NCBI GenBank assembly: GCA_030141605.1
Contig: JAQGDQ010000497.1
Location: 62,001-126,000 of the forward strand
DNA from: Tubiluchus corallicola
Taxonomy: Eukaryota > Animalia > Priapulida
Direction: 5' to 3'
DNA: 64,000 nucleotides
In this document: positions 10,986 to 25,900 of the stretch, piece after piece
Layout: every line of letters starts with the position of its first letter
How positions within the stretch are numbered: the stretch's first letter is position 1
Notes under the pieces: model-generated
Database searches by the model: none
What the model was told of the DNA's origin: nothing
The model's input: the letters and a program-made list of their open reading frames with translations, nothing else
Made by a program: the position numbers and the translations under genes

Positions 10986-13900
10986 TCATTCTCCATCGCT
11001 TCCTTCATCATCCTCTTCCTCTGCTTCTTCCAACCAGGTAAGCCACTGATTTACCTGGAAAGATTTAGAGAAATTTTTATAATAAACAGTTACCTGCATA
11101 ATAAACAATTTCTTAACTCACTTCACACAGAAAGTTCTTTGTCAAACTTGTAATACAGCATTCTTCTATTCAATATATTAGACGTAAACGAGACATCAGG
11201 TGCTACATAAATGGCAATCAGACAGACCGAGGATTACTACTTGATGAGACAAGAACAGGAACGGCGTTCTCATAGTGGACCTTGTCCAGTGAACTAAAAA
11301 CAACCGAAACGTGTCACGGTCATTCTGCCCTACAAAACACGTTCACTTCACCAAGTAGTTAAATTTAGTTGCCCAAATTTGTAACTTTTTACATATTGAT
11401 AATTGTTGCATCAAATTCTGAGTAGCTTTTACTACACCTGGCAACTTCCATGTGATAACTAATGTGAAGCAAAAAGTTGCTGACATTCTATTAGTAAGTA
11501 ACTCTTTTGGTAACTTGGAACAACTTTCAGTTCAGTGTACATTGGCCTTTAGACTCCAATGTTTATAAAATTCATAAGATGTAGTCAATATGAGAAAATT
11601 TACCACACCACCTTCCCCAACTCGGCCAAGCATGGCCTTTACTCGCAATCATATGAATATCCCATGAGAATTTGCTTAAAGCATGGGATAAGGTGGTAAT
11701 ACTAAGTTTGATGATAACCCGCGGTACCACCCACCTGAAAAAGGGCTTTGCCTTTGCCAGGATATTCATCAGTGATATCTTCTTTCCACTTAAGGAAAAC
11801 GTCTTCCTCCACAATTTCGGAGTCGTACATGTACATAAACAGGCGTAAAAGCATTCCTGAAAAATTATGAACGTAGCCATAATCACTTTGTTACAAGTGT
11901 TACAATGCAGGTATCACAGATAGACAAATACACAGAGTTGTTCATCTCCGTAAAGCAATTTCCGAAATTTATAAAATTAGCTTAGTTTAAGTATACGTAT
12001 TTCACAATGATTTGACAATACAATAAAAACTGGTACGCAAAGTTCTCTGCCTACAACAATAATAAAAATACAATACACGATAGAGAAATGGTACAATTAC
12101 TATTTACGCAACAATTAGACAAGCGTATTAATTAAAAAAGGAAAAAGACAGTCGCAATAAAATTTACTGAGCATGAGACGACCGATGGATATTAATGTAA
12201 AACAGACAATATCCTAGATATACACGACTAATGCCTCATAGCTGCACACCACATATTAATGTGAGAAATTCCGGCACTTGATAGATGGTTTTCCGATAAA
12301 CCACCTTATATAGTCTGGTAAACATGCATTTTGAAGTACGAGATAGACAATGTTTGTACAAAACAAAGTTAAGTCGCTCACGAACATCGGACAAATACAG
12401 CCTGTGAAAATGACAAACTGAGCCTTTAATGAAATATCAAATAACATTTTTTTATGAATAATTCAAAATAAAGTGACTGCTCTACTTCTACTGAAGTCTG
12501 AATAGCACAGTTAATGGCATTTGGCAATAATAAACCAATAATAATAATAATATAATATTATATTATATTATAATTATAATAATATTTGGCGATAATAATA
12601 ATAATATTGTGAACTACATTAAACCACGTTTGTTGAGCGATATTTGTGTGCAGCGTTCTGCTAAGGTAAAGCAAGAAATCTTAGCATTTTTGCTGAAACT
12701 AGCAGCTACGTACTTTCGCGTAGGATTTCTCACTCGGGAAGTTGTTTGAGACATGACTTCGACATAGACGAGGTAGTTTCAGTTAAGATTCTTATCAATT
12801 TTATCACGAATTAATTTTGAGTTACACGCAAATTTGAATTACAGATTTTGAGTTAGGCGATGTTTGGTAAAGGAAAAATCTGTTCCACGAGTTCTGTTCA
12901 AGATACACAAGAATTCCACTTATACCCGGTAGACTTACACGTAGTTTAATGTATTTACAGACTGAGATAATGCAAATAAAGATTTTAACATGGCATTTTG
13001 TTATTTTAGTACAAATCATGCAAAAACATCAGCATTACTGACAGGGAGGGAATCACGTACCTTTAGGAAAGTTGTTATTGTAACAATGCACCTGCAGTGC
13101 ATACAATGCTGTCAGCTGCAGCGACGGTTGATTGTGAAGAAACAGCTGTAGAACTGGCTTCAGTTTCGTCATAAGTTCCTTTTCTTTCTCTTGCAGCTGC
13201 TTGTCTGGAGCTTGGCTTCGATCGACACCCGAGCGCAGTGTGGTTTCAGATGTGACGTGCTTTATTACGCTGTGGAAAGTACATTCATATCATTTATTTA
13301 AAACAGGGAAATACTCGTTAAAAAGCCTCAAAAATTAAAACTTTAGACTCAACGTAAGACTACAGTTGTGGTTTATAACATATCTTATAAAATTATACAA
13401 ATTAGTTGATAAATATATTTACAATTTTTGTTAGGATTGTGCATGTTGTTTGATTTTTCTTTTATTTACATAATTATTTAAAACTGATAATTTATAACTG
13501 CATGTGTTTTTCGATATTTTTATTTTTATAAAGAAATGTATGACTCATTAGAAATGTATATATATGTATATATACATATTTAGTTACTGACTGTGTCCAC
13601 AGATTGGGATACTGATTATGCATGACCTTTTGCTTTACGATCATTTAAGCATGAAATTAAATTGCATGTTATATTATTTTCCTAAGTTCATTGAGTCATT
13701 AATCTACGTTGATTTTGTTAGTTTTTGGTAACCTTATTTCCGTTCTCTTTAGTTAAAAATTAGAAATTGCACAATAATAATCTAATACTCGGTTTGGGGT
13801 GGCTGATTCGATAACAAATGTTTTTCGCCACCCCTTCCCTTTTGTTTGGCTTTTCTTATTTATATCTATTTTTATTTATATTGTTATTGGGATAAAAAAA

Positions 13901-16900
13901 TAAATGATTTGATTTGATTTGATTTGGTTGTACTTGCAATTAATAAGAATAAGGTTCACAGCAATAACATGTGCAACCAAGCCGGCCCAGAGGCAGGACC
14001 AGCATCCTACTCTGCTGTCTAAACTCACACAATTACACTTGAGAAGAACAAAATTGAGTAAAGTGGAAGCCACCCGCTAATACACCATCATTACTACAGC
14101 TATAATACTTACTAGACAAATAAAAAACAGGTAGAAAATCATTGCTGGAGAATAAAACCAATAAATTTGTGACAGAAAATAAGCATGCAATCATATAAGC
14201 TACTGCACTGATCCTTAGTTACATAAACATGTACTAAGAGATATATATAAAGAAATGCAAAAACTTGGAAAGACACAAGACAGATATTTACAATCACAAA
14301 TGTGAAATCCTCGGTCAAACCTCAGTATAATGCCCCTTCCCCTTATAATGTCTACCTTGTTAATCACTCAAATTTTTAGTAAAAAAAATATCCATATTTG
14401 CATAGACACAAATGCACCTCGTTAACATGCCAAACTCGCTTAATCCCAACTTTTTTACAGTCGCAAAGTGGCAATATAAAGAGGTTTGACCGTATTTTTC
14501 TCAGAAACTGACCTCGTCACCAAGACGTTAATAAAATTCGGAGCCGTGTGCAACGAGGCATTAACGTTATCCTTCACCCATTTGTAAATCGGCGTTGGAT
14601 TCGGATCAGCCATTATTGCGTTACTCAGATCCTTCTGAACTTTTAACATTGGATAAAGAAAGTTCAACTTTCGATCCTCCAGAACTGTCATCAGTTTCTC
14701 TTTGGACTGGTCTATTTCTGCAAGTAAAATCAAAAAATCAACATCTTTTCTCTCTCTTTTCATTTCATGTCATACTGGCTGTAATGCTTTAACAACGTTC
14801 AGTCAAGCTTTGGCAATAAATGCAAAGAGAAATGAATTTAATAAACCTTTTACATATCATGAAAAGTATGTACAAGATAATATGATAAACTACAGTAGAC
14901 GCCGCGTAATAGACTCACGGTAAATAGACCCAATCGGTATTCAATTGACCTATTCAAATATACATAAAAACTGTCGGTTATTGACTCAAATAACTCCGCG
15001 TAATTGACTCAATATTTTTCCTTAAAATGTTGAAATAAATAATATTACTTAAAATAAGACATTTGTATGTGTCCAAAGAGCCTTTCACACTTTTATGTCA
15101 TCTTTACTTCACTTTTGCGCGCTATAACATATGTAGGAACAATCACGTTAAGTACCGAAACGTTTGTAAGAAATGAGTTTATAATACGCTAGCATAGCGG
15201 TTTTGCTTCGAGTCTGTTACCCGCTCGCCCACTACAATTAACCTCGTTATCCAAGGATTTCTGGAAGCTAAACATTTAATCACTTGTCTATGGGTTTCCT
15301 TGTAAAGCTCTAGTTGCAAATGATGCTTTCATGCTTGGTCAATTAACAGTCACTTTTGCAAACAAACAGACTTGTGTGGTTTAGAAAAGTATACTTTTTA
15401 ATTTATTGCTAATTCACTTATATAAATTATTATTTCAAAATATTTTTTTTAAATTTTTAATTGCACAAAGGAATCGAGGTATTACTTCCTTTCAAAAATT
15501 CATTAAAAATCTTTGCAGTGCATACTAAGCTGGCGACTCGTACTTTCTATGCCAGTAATACTACACCCATCGGTTAATAGCTTCAGTAGGTTAATTGGGA
15601 ACCACGTAGGACCCAAAGCGAGTCTATTAACCCTTTCAGTCCCAAATTATTTTTTTAATGAGAAAAATTTTTTGGCTCGGTACTTTTGTTCAGTGTGTCC
15701 ATCTTGTTTATACATAATAATTATTTTTTCTCCCTGTGCCCGCGTGCTAAATATAGCCTGTATCCCACGGGATACACTGGGATTCAATGGAAGCATAAAA
15801 TGTGCTTCATTTTGCAACTGGTGATATTTTTTTAAAGTATTTAAGACATTTAGTATGCACGCTATGCTGATCTGTACAAAGTCATCTCTAAAATACTGTA
15901 CCTTGCGCAGTTTTTTATGCTATGTAGATTTTCTAGTTTGCCATTTTATCACCATTTTTAGTCTATTGTTATTGGCTTAAATCAAAATAACTATTAACAG
16001 ATCAAGTAAATGTCATGTTTAAAATTTTATTAAATTTAAAGGCAGAAAATATTCTTGTATCCCACAGGATACAATGGGTATGAAAGGGTTAAGCGGCGCT
16101 CACTGTATTAGCACTCAACATATGAACAGAACGTTAAAAAGAGTTCATATTCTAAGTAACTACAAAATTAAACCAAACAAACCAGTGCAAATATTAGTAA
16201 AGCAAATATATGTCGCCACAAAGTGAAACCAAATTTATATATTTGCAAAAAACTATATTCCAATTCAGCAAAGTCACAACATACATGAACTCATCTCACT
16301 AAAACTAAGAAGTTATGTACTTCTCCCTCACCTGGTAACATGTGCAGAAGGTTAATCTTAGATGCGTTAAACCTTTCAAACAGCCAGTCCTCATCCTGTA
16401 TAGTAAAAAACTCTCATTAGACAAAATAAACCAAAGTACTAAACAACATTTAAAGCTTGCAATATAACTGTACGAAAAAATATTTGAACAAAACGGGGAA
16501 GTAAAATCATTATTACTTCAAGTTTGTAGACATTAAACCACAAATCTGTGCCCTCAATAAGCGCATCACAACACTATGTAGCTGCGGGTGAATTGTCAAT
16601 TCAGTCTATTTATTTCGCATAATATACAAACACTTATGCATCGCACGTACATTTATAAGTCAAATTTCTGTTAATACAACAAAATTGAGATACAATTCTT
16701 GAATTCTGCGCTAGAGACCTAAGAAGTAAGCTTACGTTAGGGCACTAGAATGGTTAGCGTGAGTGACAGCGGGTGTTAGTAGTATTTCATAATTACGATG
16801 TGAACTGGATGTACGAGTAGTGATAACTGTGGCTACGTAAATTAGAAACAGGAAGCTTATGGTATCGATTAGGTAAATTAAAACAACAGGGATATATTAT

Positions 16901-19900
16901 AGTTTGTTTACATCTTGGTGAAAAACAGTGAAGGGTGATACTGAAAAATTTTAAGTAATCAAAGAGGTGATAGTAAGCATAAGTGAGTACAATTGTTGCG
17001 CTCAGGTATGATGACCTTCAGTTTTCAAAATTTCACATCTATTAAACCTTGTTATGAATTCTAAGACTTTTTTCAAGAACACTGATTTTCCTTTTCCTTT
17101 TGTACTAGCATTAAATAATCATCGGGCAAGCCGGCGATTTTTGGAGTTTGTTAACAATCAACTGAAATGCCCACCATTCTCGCAGAATAGTAAAAAATGC
17201 TCGTATTCAGTATCTGGGAAACAATTAAATAATCACATACCTTGATTTTTTTAATCTGTTGCAAGCAAAGTAGAAAAAGTGGATAATAGGCACCAATCTC
17301 CATGGGTCGAGAAAGATCAGCTAGCGATATGAGATCATTGGTCACTGCTAGAGCACTAAACCTTGCTACATGTGATTTGACAAGTGGTACCTCAGCTTCC
17401 AGGGTTGCCATTTCCTCCAACAATGATTTGAAAGCCTAAAATGATAAATGCGCAACATAAAATAGGGCAAATAATAAGAAACGAGAGTCCCACCAGGCGC
17501 CGCTAGAACGTTTTTTCTGCATGCTGTTTGGTCAAAATTTCCAAAAAATCGCGAGTTCGGTCCGGGAAAACGCCCGTTACGGGACCCCGTGGTCCTCTCA
17601 CGAATTCTAAATATGCCTACTACACCCACCGCTGAACGGGCTATCTATCGATAGCTAGCACCACCCTCGGCCCATTCCCGTTCTCTACATCTCAGCCGTA
17701 TAACTTTTGCAAAAAACTGTCGAAAAATGGCCATTTTTGGAGGTTTTTCACCCCCCCCTTTCTCCTGGTGGGCCAGATTCTAAAAATAAACCCCCAATGA
17801 GACGACACTAGATCGAGACCTTTTGTTTGATGTATAGATCGCCGCAAATGGTGCCGTCGTCGAAACTATAGCCTCAAATCTTGTATATTAAGCCCATACC
17901 AAGAATATTAATATATAGATGAGATAGTTACTAAACAGGATTCTTTATCCAACATTTTATAAATGACAACAAAATTAAATAAATAAAATAAACGGAACGA
18001 GTTTACAATTCCCCACACAGTTTAAATACCCTAACCCTAACCTAACCTAACCTTAACTGTAACTGAGCCCTAACCAACCAACCCTAACGCTAATCGGCTT
18101 CACAAACTAATTTCTTGAGTGTGGGGAATTGTAAACTTTAGCTATATGATATTTAAATAATTCAATGCATTAAACGACTATGCGTCTTTGTTACATACAT
18201 GTTAAATATAACACAAAGATACTGTAAATAATTAAATATTAAATCAATCATCAACATACTTCTGTGAATTGACTAGTATTAATAAGGTCTTCTTCTTTAA
18301 GCTTCTTGATCAATTCACTGATATCTTCTCTGTCTTCACCTAAAAACACGAAAATTTTTTATTTTTCATAAAGAACCAACTACATGAGGTTATTTTTTTA
18401 TTTATTATTATTATCACCTTCAGTACAAAATAAAGCACACAGTGACATCAAAATTATTACATCACACTGTATTAAATTGTTATGTTTCATACACTATCGT
18501 TATCATAAAAGAATAATTGTACTGCAGTGGGCTAGAGAAGCAAAGGCTTGTATAAGCCCACTGTCATCTGAACCTGACAACAGGTTACACTGATACACGA
18601 CCAATGAAGTGTCTTCTAACATTCTCACTTAAACTGCAAGTAGTTCATTTAGACACAATCAAATCCTGACACTTTAACTGTAGGCGAAAAATATCAAACT
18701 TATAAACTGGCTAAAGTATTAAGACGTTTAGCTGACTTAAAAAACAAACCTAAAATTAATTAAACATGAAAGATTGTAAATGTGAAAAAGTTGTGATAGA
18801 GCATGGAATTGAACTATCGACCTGCTTATTATACCACTTGGCCACTATATCTTCCGGTCAGGGCACTCCAAAATTAATCTCTTACAGCTGGCCAACTAAA
18901 TTAATCTCTTACAGCAGGCCAACTAAATTAATCTCTTACAGCAGGCCAACTAAATTAATCTCTTACAGCTGGCCAACAAAATTAATCTCTTACAGCTGGC
19001 CAACAAAATTAATCTCTTACAGCTGGCCAACAAAATTAATCTCTTACAGCTGGCCAACAAAATTAATCTCTTACAGCTGGCCAACAAAATTAATCTCTTA
19101 CAGCTGGCCAACTAAATTAATCTCTTACAGCAGGCCAACAAAATTAATCTCTTACAGCTGGCCAACAAAATTAATCTCTTACAGCAGGCCAACAAAATTA
19201 ATCTCTTACAGCAGGCCAACTAAATTAATCTCTTACAGCAGGCCAACAAAATTAATCTCTTACAGCTGGCCAACAAAATTAATCTCTTACAGCTGGCCAA
19301 CAAAATTAATCTCTTACAGCAGGCCAACAAAATTAATCTCTTACAGCTGGCCAACAAAATTAATCTCTTACAGCTGGCCAACAAAATTAATCTCTTACAG
19401 CAGGCCAACAAAATTAATCTCTTACAGCTGGCCAACTAAATTAATCTCTTACAGCAGGCCAACTAAATTAATCTCTTACAGCAGGCCAACTAAATTAATC
19501 TCTTACAGCTGGCCAACTAAATTAATCTCTTACAGCAGGCCAACAAAATTAATCTCTTACAGCAGGCCAACAAAATTAATCTCTTACAGCAGGCCAACTA
19601 AATTAATCTCTTACAGCAGGCCAACAAAATTAATCTCTTACAGCAGGCCAACTAAATTAATCTCTTACAGCAGGCCAACAAAATTAATCTCTTACAGCAG
19701 GCCAACTAAATTAATCTCTTACAGCTGGCCAACAAAATTAATCTCTTACAGCTGGCCAACAAAATTAATCTCTTACAGCAGGCCAACTAAATTAATCTCT
19801 TACAGCTGGCCAACAAAATTAATCTCTTACAGCAGGCCAACTAAATTAATCTCTTACAGCAGGCCAACAAAATTAATCTCTTACAGCAGGCCAACAAAAT

Positions 19901-22900
19901 TAATCTCTTACAGCAGGCCAACTAAATTAATCTCTTACAGCAGGCCAACTAAATTAATCTCTTACAGCAGGCCAACTAAATTTAACATTTATTGATGTTA
20001 TATGGCTCACTCTAGAGTTATTCTAAGCAATTAATTAATCTTGACATAAAAGTTATAATTACTCACATGATTTCTCAATAACAGAGGTCATCATCTTTGA
20101 CGCAATATCAGGCATAATTCTGGAAAAGCACAAATACATTAAGAAATGAAATGCATGGTTATATTAAACGGGCGATGACTAAAAAAAAACAAGTTTCAAG
20201 CAGCTGTTTGCCAAACACTTTCGGAAAAAAAACACTTACTTGTTTGAAATTTTCATCTCCTTGAAAGCAGCAATGAATTCATCATCTTGTTTGTTTTCTA
20301 TGAACTTGTCCAGCAAAGTCTGAGTCTGTTTTAACAATTCTGCTTTGCTCGGTGCTTTCTCCCGCTCCCGCTCCTTCTTTTCGCGGAATTTTTCCTTCTC
20401 GGGAGCAATTCTTATAGAAATCTGTGGCTAAAATCGTATTTCATTAAAAAGTGTGCAACTTATAAATTTCGATGACAGAATTTTTGTATGCAACTATCCG
20501 AAAAGCACTCGAAATTTTACAACAGAATTTCTGATTATTTCAGCTGAAAACCTAAAATAAAGTTTTGAATCTGGAAAAACCCCAGGTGAACTCTATGGAC
20601 TAAGAGAATTTCAAAATATCTGCTAAAGAGTATCACTTTCTTACACTTTTTTAGACAGTTTCACACAAGTCTGAAGCCCCAAATAAAGTCACGCATTTTC
20701 TAGTTGCTTTAACACTTACTAGCAAAGGCCCCGCAGAAAATTTTGCATATAAATACACTTAAAATCAAAAATACGCGAACATCCTACATAGTCCTCATTT
20801 ATAATATATATAGCTTTTACTGAATTAAAGTTATAAGGTTATAAGCAGAGTATAATTGATGACGTCAGAACAATTGCTTTGAGTTAACAGTTTTCCAAGC
20901 GAAAATTGCCAAAAATGGAACATCTGATTAACTCGTCGTCACTCCTCTCGGTGGACGTGTCCTAAAATATAGCCCACACCATCGTACCATCGTGTAGCCC
21001 TGTTCTTCCTCTTTCCAAAGAGCCATATATCTCCTTCCAAGAGTCACACTGACCGCCGCTAGAACGTTTTTTCTACAGGCTGTTTGCCAAAATTTCAAAA
21101 AAATTGGGAGTTGGCTCCGGGAAGATGCCCATAGCGGGCATTTGTGGTCCTCTCGCGAAATCTAAATATGACTATTACACCCACCATTGAACGGGCTATC
21201 TAACCGTTACCAGCACCGCCCTCGGCACATTCCCTTTCTCTAGCAATAAGAGGTATAAGTTCTGCAAAAAACAGGCAAAAAATGGCCATTTTTGGAGGTT
21301 TTTTGCCCCCCCCCATTTCACACTACCGGAGATAAAGCAGATCGCCAAAAAAAATCATTAACAGATAAAGCAAATAAGAGCTGTTAGCAGAAATCAATTA
21401 CCTGAGGCTGCATCATAATAGGAGGTGGTTGATTTGCCGGCGATGTCTCGCGTGGTCCAATCATATGATTTGTAACAGGCATGGCTGACTTGGGCAACAT
21501 ACTAGGTGCACTAGGCTTAAGAACCATAGAATTCTGTGCTGGCCTTAAGCTTATCTAAAACACAAAGACATCACAAGAATCACACAATCGGAATTTAGTT
21601 TCACAAAATAAATAAAAACATCGATTGATTCCTATACAACTTTCCTCAAATTAGTGGGCAACTAATAATATTATTAATTAATTAGATTATGACTGTGATT
21701 GTCAGAGTGTTCATAAACTATTGCAGTTTATTTTAACAATTATTACCTACTGCAGGTGATCAGTTGGAGAAATAAAGACGATTCTGGAAAATTGTGGGGA
21801 CTAGTCAAAATTGTGGAACTAATTAGTGATGTGGTTGGTTACCAGCTAAAGTGAGGAAAGTGTTGAAGCCATGGGTACCCCCTACTGTCATGAGTACAGG
21901 TGGCGCTGTTAGATTGTGTGCTATAAGGAGGAAACTCTCAGGTCTGCTCTGTCTTGCTGACTGATAGCTCAGCTGACAGGCATGGGAGTACTAATCTCAG
22001 GTCTCGGGGTCAAATCCCTACTATTCAGCAATTTTTCAGCGTTTCCTTTCTTTCTCCAAATCATCACTGTTAGAAATGAACTCCAATGTTTTATAAACAC
22101 TCTGGGAATCATAATCATAAACTAACTAATTCATAATTCCAAAACAAAATAGGCAGAATTCATGATGTCACCCACCTCACCGTCTTGGCCAAACGGGGAA
22201 TTTTTCTTTGAAAATCTCGGCGGCAAGTCTTTCTTCTGCTGAGTCTGAGTGTTGCTCAACTGCATCCCCGGCTGAGAATTTTGTTGCTGCAGTTGTTGCT
22301 GAAGACGAGGTGGGTACTGTTGCAGCGTTTTCATCTGCTGCTGATTGTTCTGATTGTTTCTCATGCCCATGTTCACTCCATAACCTGAATGTTCAATGCC
22401 AATTTTAAGCAGTTGCTTTACACAATTCAGCAAGCCAGCATTCGACGACAGGGCCTACTCACATTCAATACTTGTGGTGAGACTGGAACCTATCGCACTG
22501 ATACACTGAACCAGCACAGGGGTCGCAGCCACACCCGTCTTCCCTTTACAAGGTAAATAGTACAATGAATGAATACATTGGTATCGAACCCAAACAATCA
22601 CGAATCATTCATAGAAAGCATAAACGCGAGACCACTCGGCTATGAACTGTGCCTCAACTACAGCTACATTCTACACATGCGTTTCCTAGGAATGGGTACA
22701 AAAAATAATCACAGTAAAGACAGTATGCAGTTGTCTCTTTTTCCCCATGGTCATTCTACGTTATTGCTTTAACGTTACCACTTTTTAACCCATCCGTAAA
22801 AACACCGGTCAAATCAAGCTAATTAGTATCGCCAAACAGAAATATACAAACTGTAACTTATACGGAACTCAAACTGCACAGAATTAAATGCATTCTTCCA

Positions 22901-25900
22901 CAAACACTGCCAAAGAACAGTCAGGAATACCTTGATTCATATTTCTCACTGGAGAACGGCTCATTCCCGATGTGGAGTAACCATTAATAGACTCAATGTT
23001 CATGTGAATCACACCAGGTCCAGTGCCTATGTTACCACCTATTGTACAAGAATGCCAGAGTAAAATATACTGTATACTAAATACAGTACTCGCACTGAAT
23101 ACATATGGCAGGACTGTTGATAGAAATCAGTAAAAAAAATGCTATTCACCGGAAGAAAACATGTGGAAGGCGTCGGTCATGCCAGGCCGCGGGGGTGGAC
23201 TAAACAAGTTAGCAAATGCGCTGCCGCTGCTGCTTCGTCCAGTGCCCGTAGTTGGTGGGTAGTACACCCCGTAATCCTTCGCGTAGTCTTCCCGTATCTG
23301 CTGGATCGTCTTGGGACCGTGATCGTGTGTCACCTGTCTGGGAGTCCACTCCTACAAAAATGAACAGGTAACATTCAAATAACATAACCCTGATTATGAT
23401 TCAAAAGTAATGATTACTACAAAAATAAGTCAGACGCATATCAGTTCTACTGGTGTAATAAGGCTCTAATAATTTCACTATTTTTGACCATTTACACTAC
23501 AAGAGAATTTCTCAATTTAGAATCTACTTAGTGATAATTTCTTTCTTAGTAACGACGCGTATTATTACCAATAATAAAGAGAAATAACTTCTGTTTTCAA
23601 GCAGATTTTTCTAGTTTTTGTAAGATGTACTCCTCTGTTAGAAAACCCCAGTGCCTGGATCAGTAATAGCTATACAGTTTGATGATGGTGTTACAGGAGG
23701 CGTGCGGCTTCCCGTAATCATCATTTCCCTCAGCCAGACCCACGGGATATTTTCAATTTTCCCTAATCGCAGCTCACTGGTTGCTTGGCACTTAGTGATG
23801 AGATTCTATAGCTCATTGTAAGTGGAATAGAGAACAAATTCTCCCCTAAGTATGTTCCTCAGACATTCAATTTAGGACTAACTTTCTCTCCATCAGAACT
23901 ACAGGACACATAGCCACTGGTGTTACATTTAACACCTAGCAGGTCGTTTTCTGCATTATAGTAGCTGCTACTTATTATGTTAGTGCATTATAAGTAGCCA
24001 TTACTGTCAATACTGGTAAAGCATAATGCTCAATTCTTGAAATGCGTCTACTGATAACAATGAAAATTTTAGTTCAGTTCCAATTTTGTGCAAAATGCAA
24101 TTGTGGGGTCACCTTTCTCAGCTAATCTGAAAATAAACAATGGTTGGATGTTCTCACCTGAGATTCGCGCAAGTCCACCATGTCTCGCAGCATGAATCGA
24201 ATCCTGGCAGGCAGATCCGGGTGACAGCTGTAGCACTTGATGCGCTCAAAGTACTGGTCCATCCAGCTCTGCGCGGCAAAACAATATATTAGAAATTGTA
24301 GGGAATTGTTGGTCACGTGACCATGATCACTCACCTGTGCAGATCTGTTTCTACCTGGGCAAGTGAGTTAGTTGGCAGACATTAACAGGCTTCTTTAATA
24401 GTAGTTTTCACAGTATGATAGTGATAATTTGTCACATACTGGTAAATACTAGATTTGCGTTATGGAGACGTACGATGTAAGTAAATATATCATTATTATT
24501 AATTTGATTGAACTGATCACCTTGAACATTTAGTTTACTTAATGACAATCTTATAATTTGATAGAACGTATTACATAGTATAAATTAGTAAAATTACCAA
24601 ATTAGGTTTACTTAATGTTTGTGTTTAGTAGGGTCTAGAAGTACAGAATTTAATGCAAATTTGTAAAATAGCCTTTTTTTGTTTTTTTCAATAGAAATGA
24701 CGTATTAAACGCTACAATATTTTATTAAAATATAGCGAACATTGATTGTAGTACAGAAATAATTACGTTAGCAAGGACCAAATGAGATTGAATAACTTAT
24801 AACCCTGAAAATGAAGTCGTTACATGTCTACCCGCTTAAAACATTATCTATCAAGTGGCTCGTTAGACAACAGAAATAATTACGGGTAAACCAAAAGTTC
24901 AGAATGCACGTTTCGTTACAACTGACTCTCTTTCTTGTAAATTTATTCAAGGTTATTTTAGCCGCAGAAACTGACAACATTTAAACCAATTCGTCACCTT
25001 TATACACAAATGTTAAAGTCTACTTTGTGGAATGAAAAATACTGAACGGTGGTTGACGAAACAAGAAACCCTAGAACATAACATCAAACACCATTAGCAC
25101 CTTCAGCACTAATTTTCAAAACTTGCGAATCGATAAGGAAGAAAAGACAACAATCTAACAAAGTTCAGTAAACTCTGTTGATGTTTCTAAGCTACACAAT
25201 TCAATTCAATTCAAAACGTGCATTTTTTTTCCATGTACATGACATAACTGAGGCAAGTAAATGTATTTAATTTTCACAATGGAAATAGGATGGCGAAAGA
25301 CCAAGAAAGTCAACTAGTCAAGCCATCCTTCAATGGACGTATGTGATTATTGGGATGACACTGTACACATGCTCTACAATTAAATAAAAGTAAGGTATTA
25401 CATGGTAAAGTGCCTTAGGTGATATTTTTAATTATTTTACGTAATAATGCAAACAGTTTGGTGTAAAAGTGAAAGAAAAGCACTCCTAATTACAATAATA
25501 CGACAAGACTTAACAGTATACATGGTAAAATACGTTGGGAGATGTTTTAGATTAATTTGTGTAATCTATGCAAAAAAGTTGGTAAAAGTGAAAGAAAAAC
25601 ACTCCTAATTACAATAATTACAACGAGGTTTAACTGTCAGCGTACCTTGGCTTTTTCGGTGTCCAGTCGTCGACCGACTGTGCGCATGATCTGGCAGAGG
25701 CATTCGAGGTCCTCCTCCATCTCACTCACACGGGTCGTCTTCTTCTTCTCCAAAAGCTGCTTAATGCACTGATGTAGAATGTTCTCGTGCAGCATGTCCA
25801 GCTTCCCGAGTTCACCTGCGTAAACAAACGAAGCACGAAAATAAACAATCTGAGGTGAGACACACGGCTGAGCGGTTACGGCATCGTGCTCGATGATCAA

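Noticed and set aside
11238-11325. Hammerhead ribozyme-like motif (ttgatgaGACAAG...CTTGTC...cgaaacgtgtc)
   Set aside because: The core is TTGATGA rather than CTGANGA, and GAAA does not directly follow stem II.
18766-19995. 409-aa ORF as a real gene
   Set aside because: Arises from a stop-free 27-bp unit, antisense in an intron, with no recognisable domain.
21960-22035. Functional tRNA genes here and at other A/B-box-like sites
   Set aside because: No complete cloverleaf or acceptor stem, so treated as SINE remnants.
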